Part shown: positions 1 to 11,798 of the stretch, one piece after another
Position numbering within the stretch: the stretch's first letter is position 1
Layout: each line of letters starts with the position of its first letter
Program-made: the position numbers and the translations under genes
Assembly: GCA_951406725.2 (NCBI GenBank)
Contig: OX597838.1
Span: 43,524,001 to 43,588,000 of the forward strand
Reading direction: 5' to 3'
Origin: Octopus vulgaris
Taxonomy: Eukaryota
Length of the DNA stretch: 64,000 nt
Notes under the pieces: model-generated
Told to the model about the DNA's origin: nothing
Databases searched by the model: none
What the model saw: only the letters and a program-made list of their open reading frames with translations

Positions 1-253
1 ACCATTTGGCACACCTGTTGTTTTCCATGCAATGACTTATTGTTGAAGGAAACCAGCAGGGATCATGCACCATCCAGGTTCTAACAAGACTTCCTTTCTT
101 CGTGGGTCTTGAAGTTCTGCTGATATTAGGGAATCAATTTGATTGGAAAGCACCGTATTCATTAACTAGACCAAAACCACACACACACACAAACAATAAT
201 AATATTCTATGTACATGTATATTCAGAGAGAATTAATGGTGAGATCAGCTTAC

Positions 254-355
254 CTGAGCTAATGAAAATATAATGAGTCCTAAATGTGGTTTATAGATAA
301 CGAGGAACATCGTTAAGGCAGCTTTAACAATGAGAAGCAGGCCTTCCATTAACAC
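254..355 (-). CDS. RFT1: RFT1 exon 5 (gene continues left of the window)
   Basis: 102 nt, VLMEGLLLIVKAALTMFLVIYKPHLGLIIFSLAQ, CAG acceptor and GTAAG donor. Confidence 0.9.
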
Positions 356-906
356 CTGTAGAGAGATATTTATCATGATCATCATCATCAACATCATTAT
401 CATCATGTCTATGTATATTTTTTCATGCAAACTTGGGTTGGAATGGTTGTCATAGTCCAAGGAACAGGGATCAGAATCTAAATGGAATGGTAGAGTAAAG
501 GAAAGGAGAGAAAGGTGGTGAAAAGTGCCAGGGCATACCCTCAAGGTATGGAGGGTATAATGTAAGTGGCAGGGTATTGCCAAAGAAGCATAATGGTCAA
601 GAGTAGTGCAGTGACTGGTGAAAATCAGGGTGTATAGAGGGAGTGGGGCAATACGGGAGCAGGGTGGTGGGGACAGGATTGGGGGGTGAGAGATAAGCAT
701 TGTGTATGAAGAGGAAATGTGAGGAAGAGAAGAGATGTAGTTTGGTTTGTTGGGGTAGGGTGTGTGGAAGGTTTTATTGTTACGTGTGGGTGGAAAACAG
801 CGTTTCTAGAACTCAGTTTTGCTGATGTGGGTGGATCATCTCAAGAACCTCATAATGCCAAACATCTCAATCCAATCCATTGTCATTTCCTCCATGAGAC
901 CAAACG

Positions 907-937
<31 letters not shown>

Positions 938-1455
938 TGTATGTATGGTGTTTGAAGTGGTGTACAGATTTTGTATATTGAGAAAAAGGAGGCAGTCAGA
1001 ATTTTGGATAATTCTTTATTAGTGCTTTCATTCATTTATCAAACTCGTCAAGACAAAGTCAAAATGGTAAAAAAATACACACACATACAGACACACACAC
1101 ACATACACACACACACACACATACATACATACATACATACATACATACATACATACATACATACACACACATACATACACACACACACAGCCTGTTATCA
1201 GGGCTTCTGTGTAAAAGTCTTCACAAGTATCATTTATTCGATTCCATCTAATTTATATCTGTCTAAAAGTCTTGCTAACGATAGTAACATTGGTAACTAG
1301 GGTGGCATCAACAATTTGCATGGCAGATGATGTCCCGATTCCACAGAGTTTATCATTTCCCCTTCCTGTCCTTTTCTAAGTGAGTCATTTTTAACAAGAA
1401 ATTAAAACAAAATATCAATAAAAATATCTCTTATAGAAAGGTGCCAATTACTTAC

Positions 1456-1645
1456 CTTAAGCTTGACAAACATAAACGCTTGTGTAATCACCCAGAGAGG
1501 TTGAGCAATTACCTCAATGACTGTTGATGCAGCAAAGGCAAACACTCCTATACTGTAGTGAGGTACAATTAAGGGATCGGGTCTTTGAAGTAGGTGGAGC
1601 CATATTGCACCCAAGGCAGTGCTAGCAACAGCAGCACAAGGAACA
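1456..1645 (-). CDS. RFT1: RFT1 exon 4
   Basis: 190 nt, VPCAAVASTALGAIWLHLLQRPDPLIVPHYSIGV...QAFMFVKLK, GTAAGT donor. Confidence 0.92.
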
Positions 1646-1874
1646 CTGGAAGCAAGGTGATGGTAAATATACATTTATTAACTACAAAACTGAAAACAAA
1701 GGACAATTCTTCAGAAAAGTCATTTTCATTCTGAAATAAATTTTGTCTTTTAAAAATATAAGAGGAAATAATAAATAAAATCACATTGATGGTTATTTTC
1801 ACTATTTTAGACTGAAATGATTTTTGTTAGGATGAGATAAGCAGCAGCAGCAGTGGTATTAGTAGTTTACTCAC

Positions 1875-1991
1875 GTCAGCCACAACAAATTAATGACTTG
1901 TGTCCACGAAGTTTTCCCTGCATGACTCAAACAGGCTCGGTTGAACGCTTCCCGTGAAATAAATATACCAGTGCTGTACAGCAGAGTTAGT
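1875..1991 (-). CDS. RFT1: RFT1 exon 3
   Basis: AG..GTGAGT bounded, 117 nt, [38 protein letters not shown]; conserved LLYST..F.SRE.F.RACL motif; phase continuous with exon 2. Confidence 0.93.
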
Positions 1992-4004
1992 CTACAGGGG
2001 ATAAAAAGAAAAACAAACAAAACTTAAAACAATGTAATGAGGTCACATGACCAATTCAAACAGTACAAAAGCGATGATGATGATGATGATGATGGAGACA
2101 TCAATTTTAGCTCCATTCCATCATTTAGATGTGGTGGTGGTGGTGGTGGTGGATGAGTGGAAGATGTAGACTTGGTGGGATAAATATGGTTTCAGGTCCA
2201 AAGAATTGAAGGAAAAGGAGTTTAGGGAATTCATCCTCATCATTTTAATGTCCACTTTTCCATGCTTTTTACTACTACTACTACTACTACTACTACTATA
2301 CTAGCACCACTATTGTCATTTCACTTGCTCCAGCTAATTCAGTAAGAGAGAACAACCTGTTGTCAAGGACCTCACAGGTACTTAACATCCAAGTACCAAT
2401 CTAAAAATCCTTGCTGTCCCCAACAAAGCAGTTTTCTGAGCATCTTCTATTTTCATGTCAATTCCAATTTCACCAACAAATTTCTCAAAATTGGTTGTTA
2501 ATGTTCCATTATTATTATTGTTATTATTATTTGATGAAAGTTCTCAACTTAGTCTGCTGGGTGTGATGGAAAATGCCATGTTAATACATGGCGTTTGTTT
2601 ATTGGTTATGCTTCAAGAATCCTACAGAGAACTCTTGCAGTTCTAAGCAATGGCTGATTTTTGTAGGTCTTCTAGCCTTACATTTATTTTTGAGCCAGGT
2701 TGGTTGATCCTGACGGTTTGACCAGAGCTGGCAAGCTGCACCAGACTCCACTCTGTTTTGACATGGTTTCTACAGGTGGATGCCTCTTCCTAGCGCCAAC
2801 CACTCTGTAGAGTGTGCTGAGTGCTTTTACATGGGACCGCATGGGTGCTTTTACGCGGCACTACATGGATGCTTTAGGTGGCACCATCACGAGTACTTTA
2901 CACCACCTGAGGGACCAGTCTTAACACTTTTGCTGCAGAGTACAGCAAGGCACCAGGTATCTCCGTCCTTTGTCATCTCACCTGAAAGGTTCAGCATCCT
3001 GAGATTGTTCTTCAGCACTTCATCCCATGTGATTCCTGGGTCTTCCACTTCCACGTGCTCCATCTACTTTGTTCTAAGTTCAGATTCCACTGAGGCTGAC
3101 TTTACCTTTCATCCCTTCAAGATCAATGAGTACCAATTAAGCCCTGGAGTTGACATAATTGAACCCCCACCTGCACCCTCTAAAATTCCAGGCTTTGTGC
3201 CTATAGTAGAAAAGTGAGCCAGCAGAATCGTTAGCACCCCAGGCAAAATGCTTAGCATTTCTTTGAGGTCTCCTTTGCTTTTCATCCTTTTGAGGGCAAT
3301 AAAAATAAAGTACCAATTGAGTAGCTGGGCCAATGTACCAGCTTTCCCTGTCAAATGTAATGCTTATCTATTCACAATATTTTGAATTAATCATAGCTTT
3401 GAGATTTTGATGATGTAGTCATCTTTTTTTGGACTAACATTGTGGGTAGGTGTGAAAGACCAGATACGACCAGTTTTTACATAAAACATGTAGAATATTT
3501 AGGCCAGATATGGCCAGTCTAAATGCTAAAGGATTAACTACTTTATACTCTGACAACCATCAATTAATAATACATACACAACTACTCTTCTTTTACGATC
3601 TTAATATCACCTCAATGCCTTCAACATCACACTTTATCTAAGTTATTTATGTAAATTATAATTACAATAAAGATAATGATTATTATTTTAACATTAAATC
3701 AAATAAATCACAGTTTCCTTCTACTTTCAGCACTTTTTATGCAGATGTCATCTTCCAGGTACACAACACCTGTTCATACCTACACTATCCTCTCTTGATC
3801 AATATCTGATTTTGTTTATATAGATCACTTTAAAAGAAGAAGCTTGTATCACAAGATTAGGGATGGCCTCAATTGGATTCATATCAAAATAGTCAAACAA
3901 CAAACAAAATATACATTGAGTCTTGCAAAATTTATAAATTGATTATTACAAAATTATTAGAATTATCCAACTTTTTTTATTTATAGGAGAAACAAGAAAC
4001 TAAC

Positions 4005-4090
4005 CTGACATTGACAACGCCCAGCATGTCTCGAGAGATGTAGTGAAGAATGAAAGCATTCAGTATAAATGTCAAAATCCGAGTGCTTAG
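4005..4090 (-). CDS. RFT1: RFT1 exon 2
   Basis: AG..GT bounded, 86 nt, LSTRILTFILNAFILHYISRDMLGVVNV(R), matching the RFT1 motif R.ITF.LNA.ILR...G.VNVR. Confidence 0.93.
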
Positions 4091-4379
4091 CTGAGAAATA
4101 GACAAAATGATGCAATTATTTTAAAGACACATTTGCATATTAATGATGTCTTCTTTTACAAAAACACAGCTGAGTGTTTAGTCTTTCAGTATTGGTCTAA
4201 CTTAGACTAGAAAGTTCTAGCATTCTAGACTTCTTCATAATGGATTAATAATTTAGAAGAAACAGTTCCAGTTCCAAAATTGTGGTAAAGATTCAGTTAA
4301 TGATGAATGATTTTTGTTGTTTAGTGGATCAACACTGATGAATGCCATTATGTATTTGTCTGAGCCATAATAATAATAA

Positions 4380-5520
4380 TAATAATCCTTTCTACTAAAG
4401 ACACAAGGCCTGAAATTTGGAGGGAAGGGGCTAGTTGATTACAGCAACACTAGTTTCTCACTGGTACTTAATTCATTGACCCCTAAAGAATGAAAAGTTG
4501 ACTTCAACAGAATTTGAACCCAAAATGTAAAGAGAGATTAAATGCTGTCAAGAATTTTGCCTGATGAGCTGACAATTCTGCCAGTTGGCCACCTTAATAA
4601 TAATAAAGGCACAAGGCCTGAAATTTATGGGGAGGGGACAAGTTGATTGCATTGACCCCCAGTGTTCAACTGGTACTTAATTTACCGACCCCAGAAGGAT
4701 GAAAAGCAAAGTCGACCACAGTGGATTTTGAACTCAGAAGGTACATCTATCTTCCTCATAAAATCAAAGCCACAATATTTCAAGTAGATTGTTCACAGCA
4801 GTTCATTGCATGTAGGAGAATGATTTCTATAACACCTGAAAGGAGTCCCCTACCAGTTGTCGTTGCTGTGTGTCCCCTTTTCTCTCTCTACTGCATTCAT
4901 TCTAGGATCAACACTGGCGAGACTTCACTAAATATCGGTTTTAAATTTTGGCAGAAGGCCAGCAATTTCGGTGAGAGGGGCGTGAAGTCGACTACATCAA
5001 CCCCAGGGCTCAACTTTATTAACCCCCGAAAGGAAGAACAGCAATATCGAACTCAGAACGTTAAGACGGAGAAAATGTTGCTAAGCATTTTGCCCGGCGT
5101 GCTAACGGTTCTGCCAGCTCACCGCCTTTTAGAGACGTACCACAATATTCTTTTCTACTGTAGGAACAAGGCACAAAAGTTTGGGAGGAGAGGGCGCAAG
5201 TCGATTATATCGACCCCCAGTACGCAACTAGTACTTAATTTATCGACTCCGAAAGGATGAAAGGCAAAGTCGACCTCGGCGGAATTTGAACTCAGAACGT
5301 AGCGGCAGACGAAATACCTATTTCTTTATTAGCCACAAGGGGCTAAACAGAGAGGATAAACGGATTAAGTCGATTACATCGACCCCAGTGTGTAACTGCT
5401 ACTTATTTAATTGACCCCGAAAGGATGAAAGGCAAAGTTGACCTCGGCGGAATTTGAACTCAGAACGTAACGGCAGGCGAAATACTGCTAACGGTTCTGC
5501 CAGTTCGCGGCCGCCTTACG
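4380..5520 (-). mobile_element. Cluster of tRNA-derived SINE copies and fragments in RFT1 intron 1
   Basis: Repeated module tcgacccc..gaaaggatgaaaggcaaagtcgacctcggcggaatttgaactcagaac; its reverse strand has a B-box-like GAGTTCAAATTCC and the body GCCTTTCATCCTTTCGGGGTCGAT. Related copies near 3.1-3.3, 16.0-16.2, 51.8-52.0 and 62.8-63.0 kb. Confidence 0.75.
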
Positions 5521-5914
5521 TAGCTAAATATTGCGGGATATTTGATTCAACACTCAATCGTTTCTATTACTTTACAGTGGATTTTATTTTAACCATTTAA
5601 AATATCATATTTAGACACAACATCAATAACAAAATAATTTCAATTTTCTAAACTTCGAGAAAACAGCTGTAATTTAATGTAAACAAAAACAGTAGTTGTT
5701 ACATTATAAAAACAAAATAAGATACAAGTAAAACTAATAATTGAGTTCCTGGTCTCTTCGGGGAATATATTCGTTAATTCTATTATCCATTTATATTTAA
5801 TTCCAAATATATTTAGAGGATTAAGGATTTGGATTAAGAAACAGGTCAGGAGTAAATTGGGACAAAACCGGTCGGCAAAGGAAGAAGTATGGTAAATAAA
5901 GTGGTATTTAATAC

Positions 5915-5977
5915 CTGCAGAATGATATTATAGGATGCGGCTTTAGCAGCTCCTGAGAGTAGATTTGAAGCTTTCAT
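5915..5977 (-). CDS. RFT1: RFT1 (Man5GlcNAc2-PP-dolichol translocation protein) coding exon 1
   Basis: ATG at 5977 gives MKASNLLSGAAKAASYNIILQ followed by a GT donor; resembles the RFT1 N-terminus; 63 nt, phase 0. Confidence 0.9.
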
Positions 5978-7916
5978 CTTCCTTTAAATCTCGGTAGTTT
6001 TTGGTTAATATTGAAAAGTTTATTAATTAAACGAGAAAAACACGGCAGACGACTTCCATGTTGTTGGAAGGTCGCTTAAAACATGTGTCAATAATAAAAC
6101 TTTAGCATATTTCTTTTTACAAAATAAAAAAAAGGAAAACAAAGAAATATAGATTTTAAAATATTTAATAGAAATTTAAATTTGTAAATAATTCTTCACT
6201 AGCCAGTACTTATATTTGGCCAACTTTTTCTGATTACATAAGCGACGTTTCAATTAAGGAAGCACTTGCTTTCATCCTTTAACCACGGAAAACTTGTTAT
6301 GTTGTCGTTCTCGCTGCCGGTTTATATGGAAATCTTTCTTTTTTTTTTACGAAAGGCAAACATCATTTATTTATTAAATACAGTATTCATGAAACGAAAC
6401 AAAAATTATTTCTTTAACTGTAGGCGTTGGTTTCGCTGTGTAATTAACTTCACTAAGCAACAAGTTTTTGGGGTTCACTTGTCCCAGGTACCACGATGGG
6501 ACACTTTGGGTCTTATACTATATAGTTCTGGGTCAACTAATACTTTACTTGGCGATCCTTCGGTATAAGTACACACGTGACTTTGTTTACATTTCTGAAG
6601 ATAACAGAAACCCTTTTCTTCCACCCCTAACCCTAACCGCCCCATATATAAAAAAAACACTTTCTTGAAATGTATCCGGTACTTATACCGAAGTTACCCC
6701 CTTTATTTCTGAGTGGATTTGGTATGCAAAAACTACACACACATACACATATTTATGTGTGTGTGCCTCAAATTCGACTTAGCTCAAGATATCCGGGGGT
6801 ATTCGTCACTGAGCAGACGAAATGAGATCGAATCACCATATGTGACGATACACCGCAACATGGATGTTTTTAAATGGCCTTTTCCGAAGTTTGTGAATAA
6901 ATATGTTCTACGCTTGCATATAATATACATTATAAATGTTATACACACCGCCGTTCTAATCTGATTCTGTTTCAAGTGCTGAGATATAGTTATGCATACC
7001 TGTGCGAGTTATGCATACCTGTGCAAGTCATGCATGACCATTGGATTGAAGAGATATCTCCTATTCTGACCTCATTTCCCATCCCATTAAAAATAGCTTC
7101 GAATAGTTTTTTTTTTGTAATTGGTGTCGCTAAAGACTGACGACATGGCTGAATGGATTTGGCCTCAGTCTAAAATTAAAAACCCTTTCAAAATTCTTAG
7201 TCAAATCGGTTTTGCCAACTGAACAAAATTATTTTCTCTTTGTTCGTTGTTACATTCCTGGACTTGTCTTTTGACTTTTGATTATCTGACCCAAGTTGGA
7301 ATTTTTCCCTTTTGACCAGGATCTTTCATTGATTTAAGATTATTTTCCGTTTTGTACAAATTTACTTTCAATTCGCACACACACATATGTACGTCTATTT
7401 CTTTTATAAAATCTTTTGAACTTTCAAATGACTGAAACGTGCGTTATAGAAGAACTTTTGAAAAATAGTTTTTCAAAGAAGGACTTTGAAAGGAAACAAT
7501 TATAAATGATGGCAGACCAACTCCGAAATTACCCAATTTGCAAAGTTTCAACAAGATAATCTTTATAAAAAGGGGAAAGTAGATGACTGGAAGTGCGAAA
7601 CTAAATAAGTTATTCTGCTGACCATGTTTGTTATTTGGTTTAGAAAAACTATTTGGAGTGATAAAGGTCACGCTGATTTAAATAATCATCATATGGCCAT
7701 GCTAAAACATGAATGTTTTGAAAGACATTTAAAATCTTTGATTCATATTAAACAATGTTTGGATAGACTTGCAATTGGATGCGTATAAAAAACAAAACAG
7801 AGCACACAACAGCATAATGAAGAAGTTAGATGAAACCGGTCGATCAATGCAGTCACCAGGAATCATCATTTCAGGGTCGTTTTGAATCCAATAATAATGG
7901 AAATTATAAAGAACTC

Positions 7917-8330
7917 GGATCTTTTCGGTTTGAACGGCAGTTTTTTTCTAGCGGTGTCATATGAAAATGTCACCCATAATTATGACCCTAGTATCGATCT
8001 ATTGCATTTCAATCTGTTTTAATTTAGGGGTGGGGGGAAGGGCATCTTTTTTTTTTTCTTCACAAATGTAAATAAACCCAATCTGTTTCTTAAACGAGGG
8101 ACATATTCATACGGCACAGAATGCTTTTTTACTTCAATGGACGTCAGTGATTGGTTGAAATTGCAGAAATTGAAGAAAAAAACCCAAATATTTTACAAAC
8201 TATAGAATTTTCTCAATAAAGCCAAGAGAAAAGATGTTTTATAAACACATTCTACCAGTATACGAAGTTTAAAAGTGTTTAGTTAGGTGGAAATTATTTT
8301 AAAAAACTGCCGTTCAAACCGAAAAGATCC
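7917..8330. mobile_element. MITE with 28-bp TIRs and 8-bp TSD (Merlin-like)
   Basis: TIR GGATCTTTTCGGTTTGAACGGCAGTTTT / AAAACTGCCGTTCAAACCGAAAAGATCC; TSD AAGAACTC at 7909-7916 and 8331-8338. GG termini with an 8-bp TSD fit Merlin. Confidence 0.8.
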
Positions 8331-8497
8331 AAGAACTCTTATATTTAAGAAGTAAATAAGATGAAAAATTGGCAAGCTTCTGTTTTCTCAAGTCTCTCAA
8401 ACAGAATTCAAAATGACTTGATTGATGCAGTTCAAAAAAGTTAAATGAAATAGAAAATGAATTGAAACAGGCTAAATTCGTAGCTATTCTTGTAGAT

Positions 8498-8663
8498 TAG
8501 GGGTTCCCAACCCCCTTGGGGGTTGCGTGGCCTTGCTAAAAGTGGCTTGGATAATATTAATTTCAATTCATCCGTTTTTTATGCTCTGCTGATAGTAGGG
8601 GGTCGTGTGGGTTTCAAGCTTTTGGGTAAGGGATCACGAGTGCAAAAACGTTGGAAACTGCTG
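8498..8663. mobile_element. hAT/Charlie-type MITE
   Basis: Ends TAGGGGTTCCCAAC / GTTGGAAACTGCTG; 8-bp TSD TTGTAGAT at 8490-8497 and 8664-8671. Confidence 0.8.
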
Positions 8664-10377
8664 TTGTAGATGAGACATCTGATGTATCAAACTATTCACA
8701 ACTGTTTTATGTTACAAAAGATTGTTAATTATCAGTTTTATTTAGTGCAGATCGTTCAGCAAATGCTTTATCTGAACATGTTTTTAAAGGCACTGAAACG
8801 TGCAAGTGTGGAAACAAATTAATTGCTCAGACCTATGATGGTGCCACTACAATGGCAGGACACTTTGCTCATTGTTGTGTCTTAAACTTAGCTCTTTTGT
8901 TCTGCTATAAAAGAATGCAAGATATTTTTTCTACAATAAATGGACTGGGTGCATTTTTTATGAAATCACCTCAAAGGGCTAATGCGTTGGGTAAAATAGT
9001 TTAAAAAAGATTTCCCAAAGCTACAGGAACTGGATGGAACTACTCCTCACATCTTGTTCTTACTATTGTAATTTCGAAGTCAGCTTTTTTGAAAAAAAAC
9101 CTCTGGTACATTCGTCACAGATAATTAAGTGACATCTTTGTATTAGTTCACCCATTGCAGAATATTTAGATATATTACAAACAGGATCTTGTTTGTTAGA
9201 TAAATCTATCTGACTAATGGGCAGTCTGACCCCCCCCCCCCCGGGTAGTAATGTTGCTGCAATCCCTGAAGTAGCAGTAACTAAAGCTATTTTATTTCCT
9301 TGATGAACTTTAGCCAGGAGGAGTTTAATTACAAGTTTTCCCAGTACCTCTTGGAGAATCTAATAAAGTCCTCCTGTGTTATTGTTAATACTTTCCATGA
9401 CAGTGGAATATGCACGATGTTGATCTGGTAGAAGCTTGGGAAGATTATCATTTATGTTCACGGTCAGTTCATCCTTATCATAGGAAATTTCCCTCATTAT
9501 TTCAGTGGACAGTGTTAAGATCCCTTCTATTAGTTAGTGGGAGACCAGAGAGAAAGAAAGAGACAAAGAAAGACAGAGTAAAGGAAGAGGGAAAATAAAG
9601 AAGAAAGAAAATTATAGAGATGGTGTCTGGTTGTAGGATAAACAAAGAAACAGAATCTCTTTGAAGTAGCATGGCAGTGAGAGAGACAGAATACAGAGGG
9701 GGAGAGAGAGAATAGAGGAGACAGAGAAAGAAAATTATAGAGATGGTGTCTAGTTTTCACTTTGTGGGAAAGACAGACAGAATCTCTTTTATAGATATAT
9801 AGATGTATGTGTCACTTTTTGTACTTGGTTTGCAAGATTCTTGATGTGAATTTGTGTGTTGAAACATTTTGTTGTTATAATTTCTGTTCCTTCTCTGGAA
9901 CTTTCTGTTTCTTGTTGGTAAGGCAATGCTGGCAATGAACACACTCGAAAGGTGCTTTTTATGTGCCACTGGCACAGGAGTCAGTCAGCAATCATGCTTT
10001 TAATGTTCCACTGGCACGAGTGCCAGTCAGGTGGTACTGTCATCAGCCACGTCAGCAAGTTTGATTTCGCTTGCCTCAACAGGTCTTCACAAGCCAAGTT
10101 TAATGCATCTAAATAAGCTTTACATTTGATAAATTAACCTGAATGCTAAAGAGCTAAAATTAAATTCCAACTTCAACTGCAGTATTTTTAATCTTCCACA
10201 CTCCTTAATCCATACTTTTCCAGGTTGGATTAAGATTATTATCGTTCCTGTGCCTGCAGTTTTCCTGCTAGTTTACTCTTTTTACTTGCAATGTTTTTTT
10301 ATAGTCACAAAGTATTTATTGAAACAAACCTCAAATATAAAAGCTGAATATTTAAAACATTCTGGGTATGTCTAAAC

Positions 10378-10700
10378 CAAAGGTTCTCAATTGGGGCCAT
10401 TTGGAACTCAAGTGGAGTGTTTTGGAGCAAAGGGGCTCTCTTGTACCAAAGAGCACTCTTTCAATAAACAATAAGTGTCAAGTGGTGAAACAAATGCAAT
10501 TACCAAACTTTCAATTCATTATTTTGCATTTCAATTTGTACATCTGTATTCCCAGCTGCGTACAAGCGCGTATGTAAAATGACGCCCTTTATTTTTTAAC
10601 CATTATCTGCTGATATCAAAATAAGTAGTATATTGAAAAGCCATTTGTGACTCCAAAGATCAAAAGGGGGCCTTTGGCCAAAATAGGTTGAGAACCTTTG
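10378..10700. mobile_element. hAT/Charlie-type MITE
   Basis: TIR CAAAGGTTCTCAA / TTGAGAACCTTTG; degenerate 8-bp TSD GTCTAAAC / GTCTCGAC. A related element lies at about 23660-23911. Confidence 0.7.
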
Positions 10701-11798
10701 GTCTCGACTATAAGTCAGAAAGTAATTTTTAAAATTTTCAAGAATAAGTTATAGAAATACCAGTGTGGAACCTGAAATGAAAGAGAAAACTGCCCAAAAA
10801 GCAGCAGTAGATGAATTGAATGAGGTCAGTCAGAAATGAATAGAGCAAATATGAGGAGAGCAATTTGGTGCAAAAGTGGTCTGATTCCATTCACATTTTC
10901 AAGTCTACTTGTAAATCAGGTTTCAGGTACACTTGATGCCACCACGACAAACCAAGCATCAGATGGCCAGCCTGGCACCGCCTTGGAAAGTTTGGTTAAA
11001 GGAAACAAGTAAAAAGATGGATGCTTGAGTCACATTCAAAGTTACTTCTTTGGATTGGTTGTGTCACATCAATGACACACAACCACCATCCTCTACCATC
11101 AAAATGGCAGCCTTTTACATCATTTGAAAAAATGGTATTTAACACTTTCATTACTGTATTTATTTTGAGATGCTCTGTGTTTCTTTCAATTACTTTAAAT
11201 ATAAACAAAGAATTTAGTAAAATAACTTGGTTATCATTCAGTTAGTGTTAGGAACATAAATTGCGACTAAGGTTTGGTGGAAGATTTTAATTCAAAACTT
11301 ATGCAAACAAGACATTAGTACTCAGAGTCAGAGCCAGTTTCAGCCAGGTTGGTAATGAAAGGGTTAATAGATGCATCAAATATATACACTTCATATATTT
11401 CGTATAGAATAATTAAATATTTTATTGAAAATACTTTGAAGGATTGGATCCAAAGAGAACAAAATATGAGGGAAACTTTTATATAAAATGTTTTAATATT
11501 TCACTGAGGTCAATAGAATAGAATTTCTTTTATTTAAAAGTTACAGATTCCTCAGTTGTTATTTTATTAAATTGATGGTGAATCTGCTTCGTAAAAAAGT
11601 ATCAGTGATTCACACACAGAGTTATTCAGATTCATGATTTATACAAAGAATTACGAACAAAGCCTGTGGAGTCTACTGCTCACAGTTGAGGTTGGTTTGT
11701 ATGCAGATAATATGGCCATCACCAATGAAATCCCTTTCAAAAGCAGTTGAACTCCTGTCCATTTTTATGAGTTCTACTGCTCAACTACGAGATGGAAA

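Larger units (their letters stand above)
7440..9100 (+). pseudogene. Decayed hAT (ZMYM1/DUF4371-like) transposase relic interrupted by two MITEs
   Basis: Broken peptides KLFC*PCLLF, NNGNYKEL, IQNDLIDAV, AKFVAILVD|ETSDVSNYSQL and QTYDGATTMAG; removing the 8498-8663 insert rejoins the DETSD motif. Confidence 0.75.

Noticed and set aside
37-165. Possible RFT1 exon 6 after a TAG acceptor at 166-167 (minus)
   Set aside because: The translation (LMNTVLSNQIDS..) lacks RFT1-like hydrophobic character and runs to a stop.
4721-5260. 179-aa ORF, and similar ORFs at 245-700, 28703-29760 and 57386-58063
   Set aside because: They are made up of SINE, LINE-UTR or intronic sequence; only the RFT1 exon within 245-700 is supported.
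6798-6836. HHR-like ATTC-GTC-ACTGAGCA-GAC-GAAA-TGAGA-TC-GAAT
   Set aside because: Stems I and II and GAAA are present, but the CUGANGA box is missing; at best a dead remnant.
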